Assembly (NCBI RefSeq): GCF_963921235.1
Contig: NC_086108.1
Location: forward strand, 5,332,001 to 5,396,000
From: Mobula hypostoma
Taxonomy: Eukaryota
DNA: 64,000 nucleotides
Direction: 5' to 3'
The translations under genes were made by a program, and so were the position numbers. Below, in pieces: positions 12,265 through 26,139 of the stretch (the stretch's first letter is position 1; every line of letters starts with the position of its first letter). Below the pieces are notes generated by a model that worked only from the letters and a program-made list of their open reading frames with translations, ran no database searches and was not told the origin of the DNA.

Positions 12265-12474
12265 CGGCCGCGCAGTAACTGAAACACTCCCGTATGGCCG
12301 TGCAGTAACCGGCACGCTCCTGCACATCCCCGCAGCAACCAGCACACTCCCGCACGGCCGCGCAGTAACTGAAACACTCCCGTATGGCCTTGCGGTAACT
12401 GGCACGCTCCCGCAGGGCCGCGCAGTGACCGGCTCGTTCCCGCACGGCCACGCAGTAGCTGAAATGCTCCCACG
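12265..12474. repeat. CpG-rich minisatellite, 7 x 30 bp with a 90-bp higher-order period
   Basis: The unit cggccgcgcagtaactgaaacactcccgta recurs exactly at units 1 and 4; units 2/5 and 3/6 are related variants. Confidence 0.9.
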
Positions 12475-13386
12475 CACGTAGCCCTTGTTGCCACGCTGCT
12501 GGAATTGGATGCAGCTAGAAAAAATTTACAAAACGTGGAAGGTTTTCTTTGTCGTACTATATTTCATTACACCCTTCAGTAAATAAATAAAATCCAATGT
12601 ATGTGAATTTTCAGTTCTCATTCTAAATATTCATAATATGCATATTACAAAATAAAAAAATCTAAAATGCTGCAACACCCACAAAAATGTCGGAAGATCT
12701 CAGCAGGTCAGGTAGCATCTGTGGAAAAGAGTAGATCGGGACTCGGGACAACAAAGCTGTTTACTCGTTTCCATAGATGCTGCCTGACCTGTTGAGATCC
12801 TCTGGCATTTTGTGTGTGTGTTGCTTTGGAATTCCAGGATCTGTAGATTTTCTTGTGTCTGTGATTTCAAGTGCCATGCAGTTTTCAGGCCGTGTAAAAA
12901 TTTGCTGCTCAGAGCAATGGTTGCTCTGCGCAGTTGGGGAAAAAAATAGAGGGAGATTTTCCCATGGTTTTCATGAGAGCTCAGCTTAAGACCTAACCAC
13001 CTGTGGTTTGAGCTGTTCAAAGCTGAGCTCCACTGGAGGAGAGAAGTCAGAACCCTTGGCGTTCTCATCACATTTGGCATCCCGGAGCGTTTTACAGTGA
13101 ACTCTTTTCTGAAGTGTGTACGCAGTTATAACGGTGGCTCATTTCGGATAGATGCCTCTTGCATTGTGATAGTCAGCAAATAATTGATGATGTTAGCTGG
13201 ACGTTAATTACTAGCCCCAAGGAAGCATGAGACACTCCCCACCTCTCCTTGACCTCCGCGTCCTGGGGGGGTTTGCGTTGCAAGGAAATAGGCTGAAGGC
13301 AGCACAAAGTTCCAGAGCACAGAGCTGTGTCACCTGTATGCCAGGGCAGGTCAGGGTGCACCAGTTCATCAACAAATCAGAACTCA

Positions 13387-13929
13387 CACTCAGTGGCCAT
13401 TTTATTAGGTACACCGGTGTACCTGTTAATGCAAATATCTAATCAGCCAATCAAGTGGCAGCAACTCAATGCATAAAAGCATGCAGACACAGACAAGAGG
13501 CTCAGTTGTTGTTCAGACCAAACATCAGAATGGGAAAGAGTGTGACCTAAGCGACTTTGACCAAGGAATGTTTGTTGGTGCCAGATGGGTGGTTTGAATA
13601 TCACAGAAACTGCTGATCTTCTGGGATTTTCACACACAACAGTCTCAAGAGTTTACAGACAATGGTGTGAAAAACAAAAAAAAAATCCAGCTAGTAGCAG
13701 TTCTGTGGGTGGAAACACCTTGTTAACGAGAGAGGTGAGAGGAGAATGGCCAGACTGGTTCCAGCTGACAGGAAGGTGACAGTAACTCAAATAACCACAC
13801 GTTACAACAGTGGTGTTCAGAAGAGCATCTCTGAACACACAACACACTAAACCTTGAAGTGGACGGACTACAGCAGCAGACGATCACACCGGGATGCACT
13901 CCTGTACCTAACAAAGTGACCAGTGAGTG
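13387..13929 (+). mobile_element. Non-autonomous Tc1/mariner element (internally deleted)
   Basis: TIRs CACTCAGTGGCCATTTTATTAGGTAC / GTACCTAACAAAGTGACCAGTGAGTG followed by TA. Remnant transposase HTH (ITETADLLGFSHTTVSRVY). Confidence 0.85.
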
Positions 13930-14104
13930 TAGAATATTGCAGCTGGCCCTTCAGCCCATCTAGTCCTTGCCAAACTGTTACTCTGCCTATCCCATCGACC
14001 CACGTCTGTACCACAGCTCTGCATACCCCTGTCATCCATGTACCTCTCCAAACTTCTCAAATGCTGTAATCAAATCCTATCTTCCATGTTATATGTTCTG
14101 CATT

Positions 14105-14790
14105 ATTGCAAAAAGACAGAATGTATGGTGATATCCAAAAAGAAGGATAATCCTATGTGCAAGCTGAAAATAAACGGGGAAGACATAAAACAAGTACAGA
14201 ACTTCTGCTACTTAGGAAGCTGGGTGACATCAGATGGCAGGTGTGACATGGACATCAAAAGAAGAATAGGGATGGCAAAAGACACCTTTACGAGAATGAA
14301 GAGTATACTGACCAACACTAAACTAGGCATGACAACCCGCCTCAGAGTACTGAAATGTTACGTTTATCCAGTTATGTTATATGGATCAGAATGTTGGACA
14401 ATATCTAGTAACATGCGGAAACAAATTGTAGCAGCAGAGATGTGGTTTTTGAGGAGGGTGCAAAGAATATCACGGATGAAACAAATATCTAATGAGGATG
14501 TCATGAACAGAGCAAACACAAAAAGAGAAATAATGTATGAGATCATGAAAAGGCAACGTAACTTCATTGGACATGTGATTAGGAAAGAGGAGTTAGAATG
14601 CATGGTAATTATGGGAAAGATTGAAGGGAGAAAGCAGAAGGAAAGCAAAGACAAATAATGATGGAGACAGCAGCCAGAGAACTGGAAATGAATACCAATG
14701 AACTGACCCACTTGACCCGAAACAGGATAGTGTGTGGGCCATGGCAGTCAAAGCTCAAACTGGGCACAGCACCTGATGATGATGATGATT
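14105..14790 (+). mobile_element. RTE-clade LINE 3' fragment
   Basis: KKTECMVIS..IKQVQNFCYLGS..DIKRRIGMAK..YV.PVMLYGSECW..EMWFLRR; (GAT)n tail at about 14775-14790. Confidence 0.85.
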
Positions 14791-15774
14791 GTTTCTGAGC
14801 ATTCGAGGACCAGGGGTGTATGGAGTGTCCAGGGAGGGATAGCATCTCTGGTGAAGGGGCAGGTCACTCACCTTTGGTCCTCTCCAGACACACAGCTCTC
14901 ACCTGTGGCTCCAGGTAGCTGTTTGCTTGTCACGGTGGTCACACCCCAGGTACACCGCTTCATCCCCTGGTGAGTTAGGGACACGCCTGTCTTAGTCAGC
15001 TCTGGTGGACTGGACAGGTGAGATCCAACGGCAGGAAGACAGTTCTGCAACACTTCGTAGAGAGCAAAGTGCATGACAAGGCATCATAAACAAAAGATAT
15101 TCTGCAGATGATGGAAATCCAGAGCAACACACACAAAATGCTGGAGGACACAGCAGGCCAGGCAGCATCTATGGAGATGAATAAACTGCCGACCCTTCTT
15201 CGTGACTCTCAGCCCAAAACATCGACTGATTATTCATTTCCATAGATACTGCCTGACCTGCTGAGTTCCTCCAGCATTTTGTGTGTGTGATGACGAGGCA
15301 CAGAAGACGTCATGGTCATCCACTGTAACCAAGGAAGACCCCAGTTTGTGACGCTTGTTCGTATCACTGGACCCCGACTTCTGAGGTTCGAGAGAGTAGA
15401 ACTGCTTCAGTGCCACACATTTTCAACTTTAAAAACTCTCCTGTACAGGTTTCCTGTCGTGGTCAGACTTGATGGTCAAACCATCACTTAACTACCTCTT
15501 GGCAATTGAGAGTAATTATTTGAAAGCTTCCACCACGGTGGTGCAGATCTCTAGTTGGATAGCCAGTCCAGAGTTTAACATCCCTCCTTGATATCGTTCT
15601 GCCAGAAAAATACGCAGCAGGCAACACTTAACCTAACACAGAGCCTACATATAAACTAGAACAGGATCCAGCTGCAGAGAAATTAAATCCTGCCGCGTGT
15701 CTCTAGCTCTGACCTCAGAAGGGATTCGCACGGGGGCATCAAACGTGGAGGGAGTCTGTAGTTTTAAATTTCTG

Positions 15775-15990
15775 GCCACTGTTACCTGTAAGGAGTTTGT
15801 ACGTTCTCCCCGTGACTGCGTGGGTTTCCTCCGGGTGCTCCGGTTTCCTCCCACAGTCCAAAGGCGCACTGGTTGGTCATTGTAAATTGTCCTGTGATCA
15901 GGCTAGGGTTAAATCAGTGATTGCTGGGCGATGTTGACTCGAAGGGCCAGAAGGGCCAATTCTGTGCTGTATCTCAATAAATAAATAAAT
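15775..15990 (+). mobile_element. V-SINE (HE1-like) with CR1-like 3' tail
   Basis: V domain tgggtttcctccgggtgctccggtttcctcccaca; tail 'gaagggccagaagggcc..ctgtgctgtatctc(AATA)n' resembles the CR1 end at 51780-51815. Confidence 0.8.
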
Positions 15991-16087
15991 ATTTGATTAC
16001 CTGTTCTTGTGCGATTACAAGGAAGGTATCCTGGCATTTTAATTTTCTTCGGAGGCTGAGGAGGTTGAATTTGTCACTGAACACTCT

Positions 16088-19059
16088 TTCTTTCTTTTCT
16101 TTTTAAATCTTTTTATTGAGTAAGTATACAAAAAAGGTAAGCCATATAAACATTAATACAATGTTAAAGTACAATAAAATTCCAAAAGATAACAATACCA
16201 AAAAGAAAATACTACAAACAATGTAATTTAAGCATAAGAAACCAAGATAACATAATAGTATACTAGATTTTATATATATCAATGGAAAAAAAAAGAAAAA
16301 AGAAAAAAAAACCCCCCAAAAAAAAAACCCACCGTGCAACTACCTAAAAGCAAAGCAAAGCAATGGGCTAACTTGAAACCAAACAGAGTTAAACTTAAAA
16401 TCACGTCCTCAATCCCGACCTCCATTAAAACAGTGAAAAAAAAACAAGAAGGGTAAATATTACATTAAATGAAAATATCGAATAAAAGGTCCCCAAATCT
16501 GTTCAAATTTAAATGAAGAATCATAAAGGTTACTTCTAATTTTCTCCAGATTCAAACATAAAATCGTCTGAGAAAACCAAAAAAAAGGTAGTTGGAGCAT
16601 TAAGCTCTTTCCAATGTTGTAAAATACATCTTTTCGCCATTAAAGTAAGAAATGCAATCATTCTACGGGCTGAAGGGGAAAGATTACTAGAAATTTTAGG
16701 TAGTCCAAAGATAGCAGTAATAGGGTGAGGAGAGATATCTATATTTAATACCTTAGAAATAATATTGAAAATATCTCTCCAAAAAGTTTCCAAAGTAGGG
16801 CAAGACCAAAACATATGAGTTAAAGAGGCTATCTGCCCCGAACATCTATCACAGAAAGGATTAATATGCGAGTAAAAACGCGCTAACTTATCTTTGGACA
16901 TATGTGCTCTATGAACCACTTTAAATTGAATTAGGGAATGTTTAGCACAAATAGAGGAAGTATTAACTAATTGTAAAATCTGCCCCCAATCATCCACAGA
17001 AATGGTAAGCCCCAATTCCTGTTCCCAATCTACCCTAATCTTATCAAATGGAGCTTTCCTAAGTTTCATAATAATATTATAAATCATAGCCGATGCACCT
17101 TTCTGACATGGATTAAGGTTAATTATCGAATCTAAAATATATATAGGAGGAAGCATTGGAAAGGAAGAAAGTATAGTACTTAGGAAATTTCTAACTTGTA
17201 AATATCTAAAAAAATGTATTCTTGATAAGTTATATTTATTAGATAATTGTTCAAAAGACATAAGGGAACCATCTAAAAATAAATCCAAAAACCGTAAAAT
17301 ACCCTTAGTCTTCCAAGTTTGAAAAGCGCGATCCGTAAAAGAGGGAGGAAAAAATATGTTACCTAAAATAGGAATCGCTAACCCGAATTGATTAAGATCA
17401 AAAAATTTTCTGAATTGAAACCAAATGCGCAAAGCATATTTAACTATCGGGTTAGAGACCTGCTTAAGGCGTTTCGAATCAAAAGGAAGAGAGGAACCTA
17501 AAATAGAACCAAGTGTATAACCCTGAACGGATTGTAATTCCAATGCTACCCATTTAGGAATAGATAGTATGTCCCGGTCAAGTAACCAAAATTTCATATG
17601 TCGAATATTAATAGCCCAATAATAAAATCTAAAGTTAGGTAATGCTAAACCTCCATCTCTCTTAGCTTTCTGTAAATGTATTTTACCCAGTCTCGGATTC
17701 TTATTCTGCCAAATAAATGAAGAAATTTTAGAGTCAACTTTATCAAAAAAAGATTTAGGAACGAAAATTGGTAATGCCTGAAACACATATAAAAATTTTG
17801 GCAAAAAAAACATCTTAACTGCATTAATACGACCAATCAAAGTTAAATATAAGGGAAACCATTTAGATGAAAGTTGAGTAATATGGTCTATTAATGGTAA
17901 AAAGTTAGTCTTAAATAAATCTTTATGTTTACAAGTAATTTTAATCCCAAGATATGAAAAGTAATTATTAATCAATTTAAATGGAAATTTATAATATAAG
18001 GGAAGATGTTTATTAATCGGAAAAAGTTCACTCTTACTAAGATTTAATTTATAACCTGAGAAAAGACCAAATTGTGCTAATAACTCTAAAACAGCAGGAA
18101 TGGATCTCTCAGGATTAGAAATATATAAAAGTAAATCATCAGCATAGAGTGATAATTTATGGGACTTTAATCCCCGAGTTATCCCAGTAATATTTGAAGA
18201 TTCTCGAATAGCAATTGCAAGAGGTTCTAATGCAATATCAAATAATAGGGGACTAAGAGGACAGCCTTGTCGAGTACCACGAAAGAGAGGAAAAAAAGGT
18301 GAGTTTAAGGAGTTAGTACGAACCGAGGCTACAGGGGAGTGATATAACAGTTTAATCCAGGATATAAATTTCAAGCTAAAATTAAACATTTCAAGCACCT
18401 TAAATAAATAAGGCCATTCTACTCTATCAAAAGCTTTCTCGGCATCTAAAGAAATAACACACTCAGGAACATTTTGTGAGGGAGTATAAACGATATTTAA
18501 CAATGTACGAATATTATAAAAAGAGTAACGACCTTTAATAAAACCCGTTTGGTCTTCCGAAATAATAGAAGGAAGTACTTTTTCTAGTCTATTTGCTAAT
18601 AACTTGGAAAAAACTTTAGAATCAACATTTAATAAAGATATTGGTCTATAAGATGCACATTGAGCAGGGTCTTTATCCTTCTTTAGTATTAAAGAAATTG
18701 ATGCTCTATTAAAAGATTCCGGAAGTTTACCAAGTTTCAAAGAAGCCTCAAAAACCTTATAGAGCCAAGGAATCAATAAAGAAGCAAAACATTTATAAAA
18801 TTCAACGGTAAACCCATCAGGGCCAGGAGCTTTCCCCAGATTCATAGAAAAAATAACATTCTTAATCTCATCCATATAAATCAATCAGATTTATAACCAA
18901 AATGATCGATTGATATTGGATCATGTGGGGATTAATCAAACCTTTTGTGATTTTTATTCTTCTTTATATAAATCAGAGTCTCCTCGAGATTCTAAATATA
19001 TGAATGATTTTTTAGATAAGTTAGACTTCCCTCAGATTTCACAGGATATGTCTTCTTTA
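16088..19059 (-). mobile_element. L1-clade LINE, 5'-truncated, with a 5' inversion
   Basis: ORF 16536-18884 has GKAPGPDG, YRPISLLNVD, LDAEKAFDRV, GTRQGCPLSP, LYADD and a C-terminal CxxC/HMFWSC motif. A-rich tail with AATAAA near 16110. TSD TGAACACTCT (16078-16087, 19060-19069). Segment 18880-19059 is L1 ORF2 on the opposite strand. Confidence 0.95.
16460..18879 (-). pseudogene. L1 ORF2 RT and C-terminal domain (single frameshift in a homopolymer near 16580)
   Basis: 782-aa stop-free frame. After the A-run the natural C-terminus FWFSQTILCLNLEKIR...IWGPFIRYFHLM* continues in another frame to the stop at 16460-16462. Confidence 0.85.
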
Positions 19060-20084
19060 TGAACACTCTAACAAATTTCTCCAACCCTTAACCTTTCCCA
19101 CCCACCTGACTCCACCCATCACCTTCTCGCTGTCCTCCTACCCCCACCCCCCACCTTTTTATTCTGGTGTCTTCCCCCTTCCTTCTCAGTCCTGAGGAAG
19201 TCTCGGCTCAAAATGTCAGCTGTTTATTCATTTCCATAGTTGCTGCCAGATTTGCTGAGCTCCTCCAGCATTTTGTGTGTGAAAGGACGTGCGGGGGATG
19301 TTTTAGAAATTCTGAGACGTATGTGATTATCGGTGTGGACTGCAGTTTATATCGTCTCCTTCAGTTTTCTGTGTTTTCTTTTGGTGGGTGGGTGACATGT
19401 TACTTTTTGTGGAAGGGAGGGATTGGGGATTTGGGGTCCGATGCTCTTGTTTTTCTGAATGGGCGAACTGTTAATTTTTCGTGTTCGAGAGAGGGGGTTA
19501 GGGTTTGATGTTTTAGCTGCCATTTTCTGGGTGGGCATCTGTTAGTTTTTGTGCAACAGAGGGGTTGAGGGTTTGGGGTTTGCAAATGTTAGTTTTTTTT
19601 TCTTTTTCATGCGGGGAGGGGGTAGTGGCGATATCTTTTCTTTCAACAATTTCCATGGTTTTTCTATATTTCATGGCTATTCGGAGAAGACGGATCTCAG
19701 ATTTGTATTCTATGTACTTACTTTGATAAAAAAATGGACCGTTGAACCTTTGAAAATCCCACAGATGTGCTGTTGAAGCTGTCCTGACTGTTTGCATCGT
19801 GGTCTGGTATGGCAATTCGAATGCCCAGGGATGTGAGAAGCTGCAAAGCTTCGTGAACTCTGATCAATACCACCATTGGCGGTATCTACCACAGGCACTG
19901 CCCGAAGAAGGAAACATCTACCATCAGAGATCTCTGCCATCCGAGCCATTCCCCCTTCTCTCAGCTATCATCGGGCAGGAGGTACAGAAGCCCGAAGTCC
20001 CACACCAGCAGGTTCAAGAACTTCAACCATTCTGTTCTCAAACCGACCGGTTCAACGGTGGATACTATAGAGCGTGTGCAGAGG

Positions 20085-20960
20085 AGATTAAGGCATACCT
20101 TATAGGTTGAGTGTATTTGGCCTTCTCTCTCTGGAGTGTCAGAGGATGAGAGGTGACCTGATAGAGTTGTTTAAGATGCAGAGAGGCATTGATCGTGTGG
20201 ATAGTCAGAGGTTTTTCCCCAGGGCTGAAATGGCTAACATGAGGGGGCATAGTTTGAAGGTGCTTGGAAATAGGTACAAGGGGGATGTCAGGGGTAAGTT
20301 TTTCACACAGAGAGTGAGAGCGGTGGGCGTGTGGAATGCACTGCAGGCGATGATAGTGGAGATGGATATAACAGGGTCCTTTAAGAGCCTCTTAGATAGG
20401 TACATGGAGCTTAGAAAAATAGAGGGCTATGCACTAAGGAAATTCTAGGCTGTCTCTAGAGTAGGTTACATGGTCAGCACAACATTGTGGGCCGAAGGGC
20501 CTATAATGGGCTGTATATTTCTATGTTCTAACTCTAATCTGGGCCTGCACTCGCTGGAATTCAGAAGAATGGGGTGTGGGGGAGGGGGGAATCTCACTGA
20601 AACCTATCGCATGTTGAAAGGTCTTAATAGAGTGGATATGGAGAGGATATTTCCTGTGGTGGGAGAGTCTAAGACCAGAGGACATAGGCTCAGAATAGAG
20701 GGATGTCCTTTTAGAACAGAGATGAGGAGGAATTTCTTTAGCCAGAGAGTGGTGAGTCTGTGGAAATCGTTGAGTCAGTAGTGAGGAAGGCAAATGCAAA
20801 GTTAGCATTCATTTCCAGAGGACTAGAATATAAAAGCAGGGATGTAATGCTGAGGCTTTTTAATACTTTGCTCAGACTGCACTTGGAGTATTGTGGGCAG
20901 TTTTGGACCCCTCATCGAAAAAAACGACGTGCTGACATTGGAGAGAGTGCAGGGGGAGAT
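20085..20960 (+). mobile_element. Cluster of degraded CR1 3' fragments
   Basis: ORFs 20107, 20470 and 20760 encode RMRGDLIE.., FFTQRV.., LAFISRGLEYKSRDV. Confidence 0.8.
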
Positions 20961-21649
20961 TCACGAGAATGTTCTGACAATGAACAGATTAATGTATGGG
21001 GAGACGGTAAACACCCCTAGAGTAAGTACTGAGTTTGGGTTCACTTTGAGAGGCTGGTCTGACATGATGATGTAATTACCTGAAGTATTTTTACCGTGTT
21101 TAGTGTTCCGTGTTTGGAGTACAATAAATGAGTTGTTGGGGTTTTTCTTAAACATAAAACGCCTCACGCTGTTTTTATTTGCGATAACCCAATGTGTCGA
21201 GAAAAAAAACAAATTGTGCAAACAATGAACACAAGCAGCTAGCGTTCTGAACTGAAGTCCACAAAGCCAGTCAGTGTGGAACAGAGCAGGAAGCTGAACC
21301 GGCCCAAACCTCACCTCAGGCCCCGAGACCCCGACCTATTCAATCTGGCCCAGCGCCTAAATCGTCGTCCAAGCATCAGGCCCAGTCACCTCAGGACACT
21401 CTGGCTGCCTTGATTCCCGTACCTGAGTGTAAGGTTCTGTCGCTGACTGGAGTTTTTGTCATGTGTGTGGGAGAGAGTCACTGAAAGGGCAGTAACAGGT
21501 GAGCAAGTGGGAGTGGGAAGGGCGACCTCTGGCCAGACTCACTGACACAGTGACTGAGAAAAGTGAGCCATCTAGCTCCCGATAGTTGTGCTTTGTGGGC
21601 GTGAAATGTTGGCTTCAGAATGTGACACCTGCGGGCTGCCCCCAGCACA

Positions 21650-22095
21650 AAAGACCATAAGAGCATAAAATATAGGAGCAGAATTAGGCCATTTGACCCA
21701 ACAAGTCTGTCCGCCATTTCATCATGGCTGATCCACTTCCCTCTCAGCACCAAATCTCCTACCTTCTCCCTGTATCCCTTCATGCCCTGATTAATCAAGA
21801 ATCTATCGGCCTCCACCTCCAACATAGCCAATGACTCGACCTCCACAGCTGTCTGTGGCAACAAATTCCACAGTTTCACCACTCTCTGGCTAAAGAAATT
21901 CCTCCTCATCCCCTTTCTAAAAGGACACCCCTCTATTCTGAGGCTGTGTCCTCTGGTCTTAGAATCCCCACCATAGGAAATGCCCTCTTCACATTCACTC
22001 TATCGAGACCTTCAATATTTGATAGGTTTCAATGAGGTCACCCCTCATTCTTCTGAATTCCAGTGAGTACAGACCCAGAGCCATCAAACACTCCT
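21650..22095 (-). mobile_element. CR1 3' fragment
   Basis: ORF 21478-21909 begins MRRNFFSQRVVKLWNLLP; CR1 3' UTR. Confidence 0.8.
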
Positions 22096-24965
22096 ATATA
22101 ACCATATAACATATATCAATTACAGCACGGAAACAGGCCATCTCAGCCCTTCTAGTCCGTGCCGAACTCTTACTCTCACCTAGTCCCATCAACCTGCACT
22201 GAGCCCGTAACCTTCCATTCCTTTCCTGTCCATATATCTATCCAATTTAACTTTAAATGACAATATCGAACCTGCCTCAACCACTTCTGCTGGAAGCTCA
22301 TTCCACACAGCTACCACTCTCTGAGTAAAGAAGTTCCCCCTCATGTTACCCCTAAACTTTTGCCCCCTAACTCTCAACTCATGTCCTCTTGTTTGAATCT
22401 CCCCTACTCTCAATGGAAAAAGCCTATCCACGTCAACTCTATCTATCCCCCTCATAATTTTAAACACCTCTATTAAGTCCACCCTCAACCTTCTACGCTC
22501 CAAAGAATAAAGACCCAACTTGTTCAACCTTTCCCTGTAACTTAGGTGCTGAAATCCAGGTAACATTCTAGTAAATCTTCTCTGTACTCTCTCTATTTTA
22601 TTGACATCTTTCCTATAATTTGGTGACCAGAACTGTACACAATACTCCAAATTTGGCCTTACCAATGCCTTGTACAATTTTAAAATTACATCCCAATTCC
22701 TATACTCAATGCACCGATTTATAAAGTCCAGCATACCAAAAGCTTTCTTCACCACCCTATCCAAATGAGATTCCACCTTCAGGGAGCTATGCACCATTAT
22801 TCCTAGATCCTTCTGTTCTACTGCATTCTTCAATGCCCTACCATTTACCATGTATGTCCTGTTTTGATTAGTCCTACCAAAATGTAGCACCTCACACTTA
22901 TCAGCATTAAACTCCATCTGCCATCTTTCAGCCCACTCTTCTAACTGGCCTAAATCTCTCTGCAAGCTTTGTAAACTTACTTCATTATCCACAACCCCAC
23001 CTATCTTATTATCATCTGCATACTTACTAATCCAATTTACAACCCCATCATCCAGATCATTAATGTATATGACAAGCAACATTGGACCCAGTACAGATCC
23101 CTGAGGCACACCACTAGACACTGGCCTCCAACCTGACAAACAGTTATCCACCACTACTCTCTGGCATCTCCCATCCAGCCACTGCTGAATCCATTTTACT
23201 ACTTCAATATTAATACCTAACGATTGAACCTTCCTAACTAACCTTCCACGTGGAATCTTGTCAAAGGCCTTACTGAAGTCCATATAGACAACATCCGCCG
23301 CTTTACCCTTGTCAACTTTCCTAGTAACCTCTTCAAAAAATTCAATAAGATTTGTCAAACATGACCTGCCACGCACAAATCCATGTTGACTGTTCCTAAT
23401 CAAACCCTGTCTATCCAGATGATTATATATACCATCTCTAAGAATACTTTCCAGCAATTTACCCACCACTGATGTCAAAACAGGCCAATAATTGCTAGGT
23501 TTACTCTTAGAACCCTTTTTAAACAATGGAACAACATGAGCAATACGCCAATCCTCTGGCACCATCCCCATTTCTAATGACATTTGAAATATTTCTGTCA
23601 GAGCCCCTGCTATTTCCACACTAACTTCCCTCAAGGTCCTAGAGAATATCCTGTCAGGACCCAGAGACTTATCCACTTTTATATTCCTTAAAAGCGCCAG
23701 TATTTCCTCATCTTTAATCATCATAGTTTCCATAACTACCCTACTTGTTTCCCTTACCTTACACAATTCAATATCCTTCTCCTTAGTGAATACCGAAGAA
23801 AAGACATTGTTCAAAATCTCCCCCATCACTTTTGGCTCCACACATAGCCATCCACTCTGATTCTCTAAGGAACAATTTTATCCCTCACTATCCCTTTGCT
23901 ATTAATATAACTGTAGAAACCCTTTGGATTTATTTTCACCTTACTTACCAAAGCAACCTTGTATCTTGTTTTAGCTTTTCTAATTTCTTTCTTAAGATTC
24001 TTTTTACATTCTTTATATTCCTCGAGCACCTCATTTACTCCATACTGCCTGTATTTATTGTAGATATCTCTCTTTTTCCAAACCAAGTTTCCAATATCCC
24101 TTGAAAATCATGGCTCTCTCAAACTTTTCAACTTTCCCTTCAACCTAACAGGAACATAAAGATTCTGTACCCTCAACATTTCACCTTTAAATGACCTCCG
24201 TTTCTCTATTACATCCTTCCCATAAAACAAATTATCCCAATTCACTCCTACTAGAACCTTTCACATCTCCTCAAAGTTAGCCTTTCTCTAATCAAAAATC
24301 TCAACCCTGGAACCTATCCTTCTCCATAATTATATTGAAACTAATGGCATTGTGATCACTGGACCCAAAGTTCTTCCCATCACAAACCTCCATCACCTAA
24401 CCTATCTGATTCACTAACAGGAGATCCAACACTGTCCCTGCTCTAGTTGGTATCTCTATGTATTGCTGCAAAAAACTATCCTGCACACATTTGACAAACT
24501 CCAAACCATCCAGCCCTTTTACAGGCTTCCCAGTCTATGTGTGGAAAATTAAAATCTCCCACAATCACAACCTTGTGCTTACTACAAATATCTGCTATCT
24601 CCTTACAAATTTGCTCCTCCACTTCTCGCTCTCCATTTGGTGGTCTATAATACACCCCTATAAGTGTTACTACACCTTTCCCATTCCTCAATTCCACCCA
24701 AATAGCCTCCCTAGACGAGCCCTTGAATCTACCCTGCCAGAGCACCGCTGTAATATTTTCTCTGACAAGCAATGCAACACCTCCCCCTCTTGTCCCTCCG
24801 ATTCTATCACACCTGAAGCAACGAAATCCAGGAATATTTAGTTGCCAATCACACCTCTCTTGCAACCATGTTTCACTAATAGCTACAACATCATACTTCC
24901 AGGTGTCAATCCATGCTCTAAGCTCATCCACCTTTCTTATAATGCTCCCAGCATTAAAATAAATG
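22096..24965 (-). mobile_element. CR1 LINE (HER1-like), near-complete ORF2: AP endonuclease + RT
   Basis: ORF 24476-24931 has ISETWL, RGGGVAL, YYRPP and GDFNFP.IDW (APE). ORF 22189-23841 is a 550-aa RT with QGSVLGP and YADD. (TATGGT)-like tail at about 22096-22120. Confidence 0.95.
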
Positions 24966-26139
24966 TAGGTTGTGTTGCTCGTTATTGCAAACGAGACATT
25001 TCACTGTATGTTTCGATGTACATGCGATAGATAAGTGTATCTAAATCTTAACCTGAATATGAGCGCGGCCCCAGTCAGCTGGAAAGGGGATGTGGGAAGT
25101 CCACTCAAGACTGAGCATCTGTCTGGAATTTTCACAGGGAACTTTTCCTGCATAAAAGGGAAGGAAGCTGTGAGGTCATTTTGTTTCTGTAGGCCTGGTG
25201 ACACCCTATCTTTGGAGTGAGAGCTTTTCTCAAACCCACAGAACATTCCAGAAAGTAGACCGGCGACCCATCATGCAGTCACAACATTAACACCTCCACC
25301 TTTTTTCTAAACCGATTTATGGATTTTAAAATCTTTCATAGCTCAAAAGCTCTAAAGGCTCGCCTACTGGGAGCAGATGCACAGTCGTCGTGGCAACATC
25401 TCTATGGTTACCAATAAACAACATCGCTTACATCTCCCCTGTGGATTGGTGTTTGTTTTCCTCCTTACATTAAAACATTTCCTGCAGTAAATGTGGTCCT
25501 CACCCAACTACTGCAGTTGAGCAACGTGAGGCAGATCAGGGCATGGAGGGTCACCACAGGTCTTCTTGGGGGCAAATGCACCAAGAATTGTCCCAGACAG
25601 CTGTGGAGGCCATGTCATTTAAGCCAGAGGCCGATAGGTTCTTGGTTGGTCAGGGCAGCAAAGGTCACGGGGAGAAGGCAAGAGAATGGGGTTGAGTGAT
25701 AATAAATCAGCCATGATGGAATGGCAGAGCAGACTTGATGGGCTGAGTGGCCTAATTTTTCTCCTATGTCTTATGTTCTGGGTGTAGATTGAAGCCGAAG
25801 CAATATAATCTTCACAACATCATCCCATCACACAACTGGAACCAACAGAGTTATAGAGTCACAGAAAAGTACAACACAAAAATCAGGCCCTTCGGCCCAT
25901 CTAGTCCATGCTAAAACCATTTAAACTGCTATTAACCTGCACCTAGACCATAGCCCTCCATAACCTTACTATCCATGTACTTATCTAAACTTCTCTTCAA
26001 TGTTGAAATCGAGCTCGCATGCACCACTCATTCCACACTCTCAGCACCCTTTGAGTGAAGGTGTTCCCCCTCATGTTCCCCTTAAACTTCTCACCAGTAC
26101 AATGCATAATATACATTGCAATAAGAAATATATGTCACG

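Noticed and set aside
12265..12474. CRISPR-like array or repeat-protein CDS (ORFs 11943-12494, 12212-12481)
   Set aside because: Contiguous 30-bp units with no unique spacers and no cas genes, in a eukaryotic context. The open frames are explained by the unit length and GC content.
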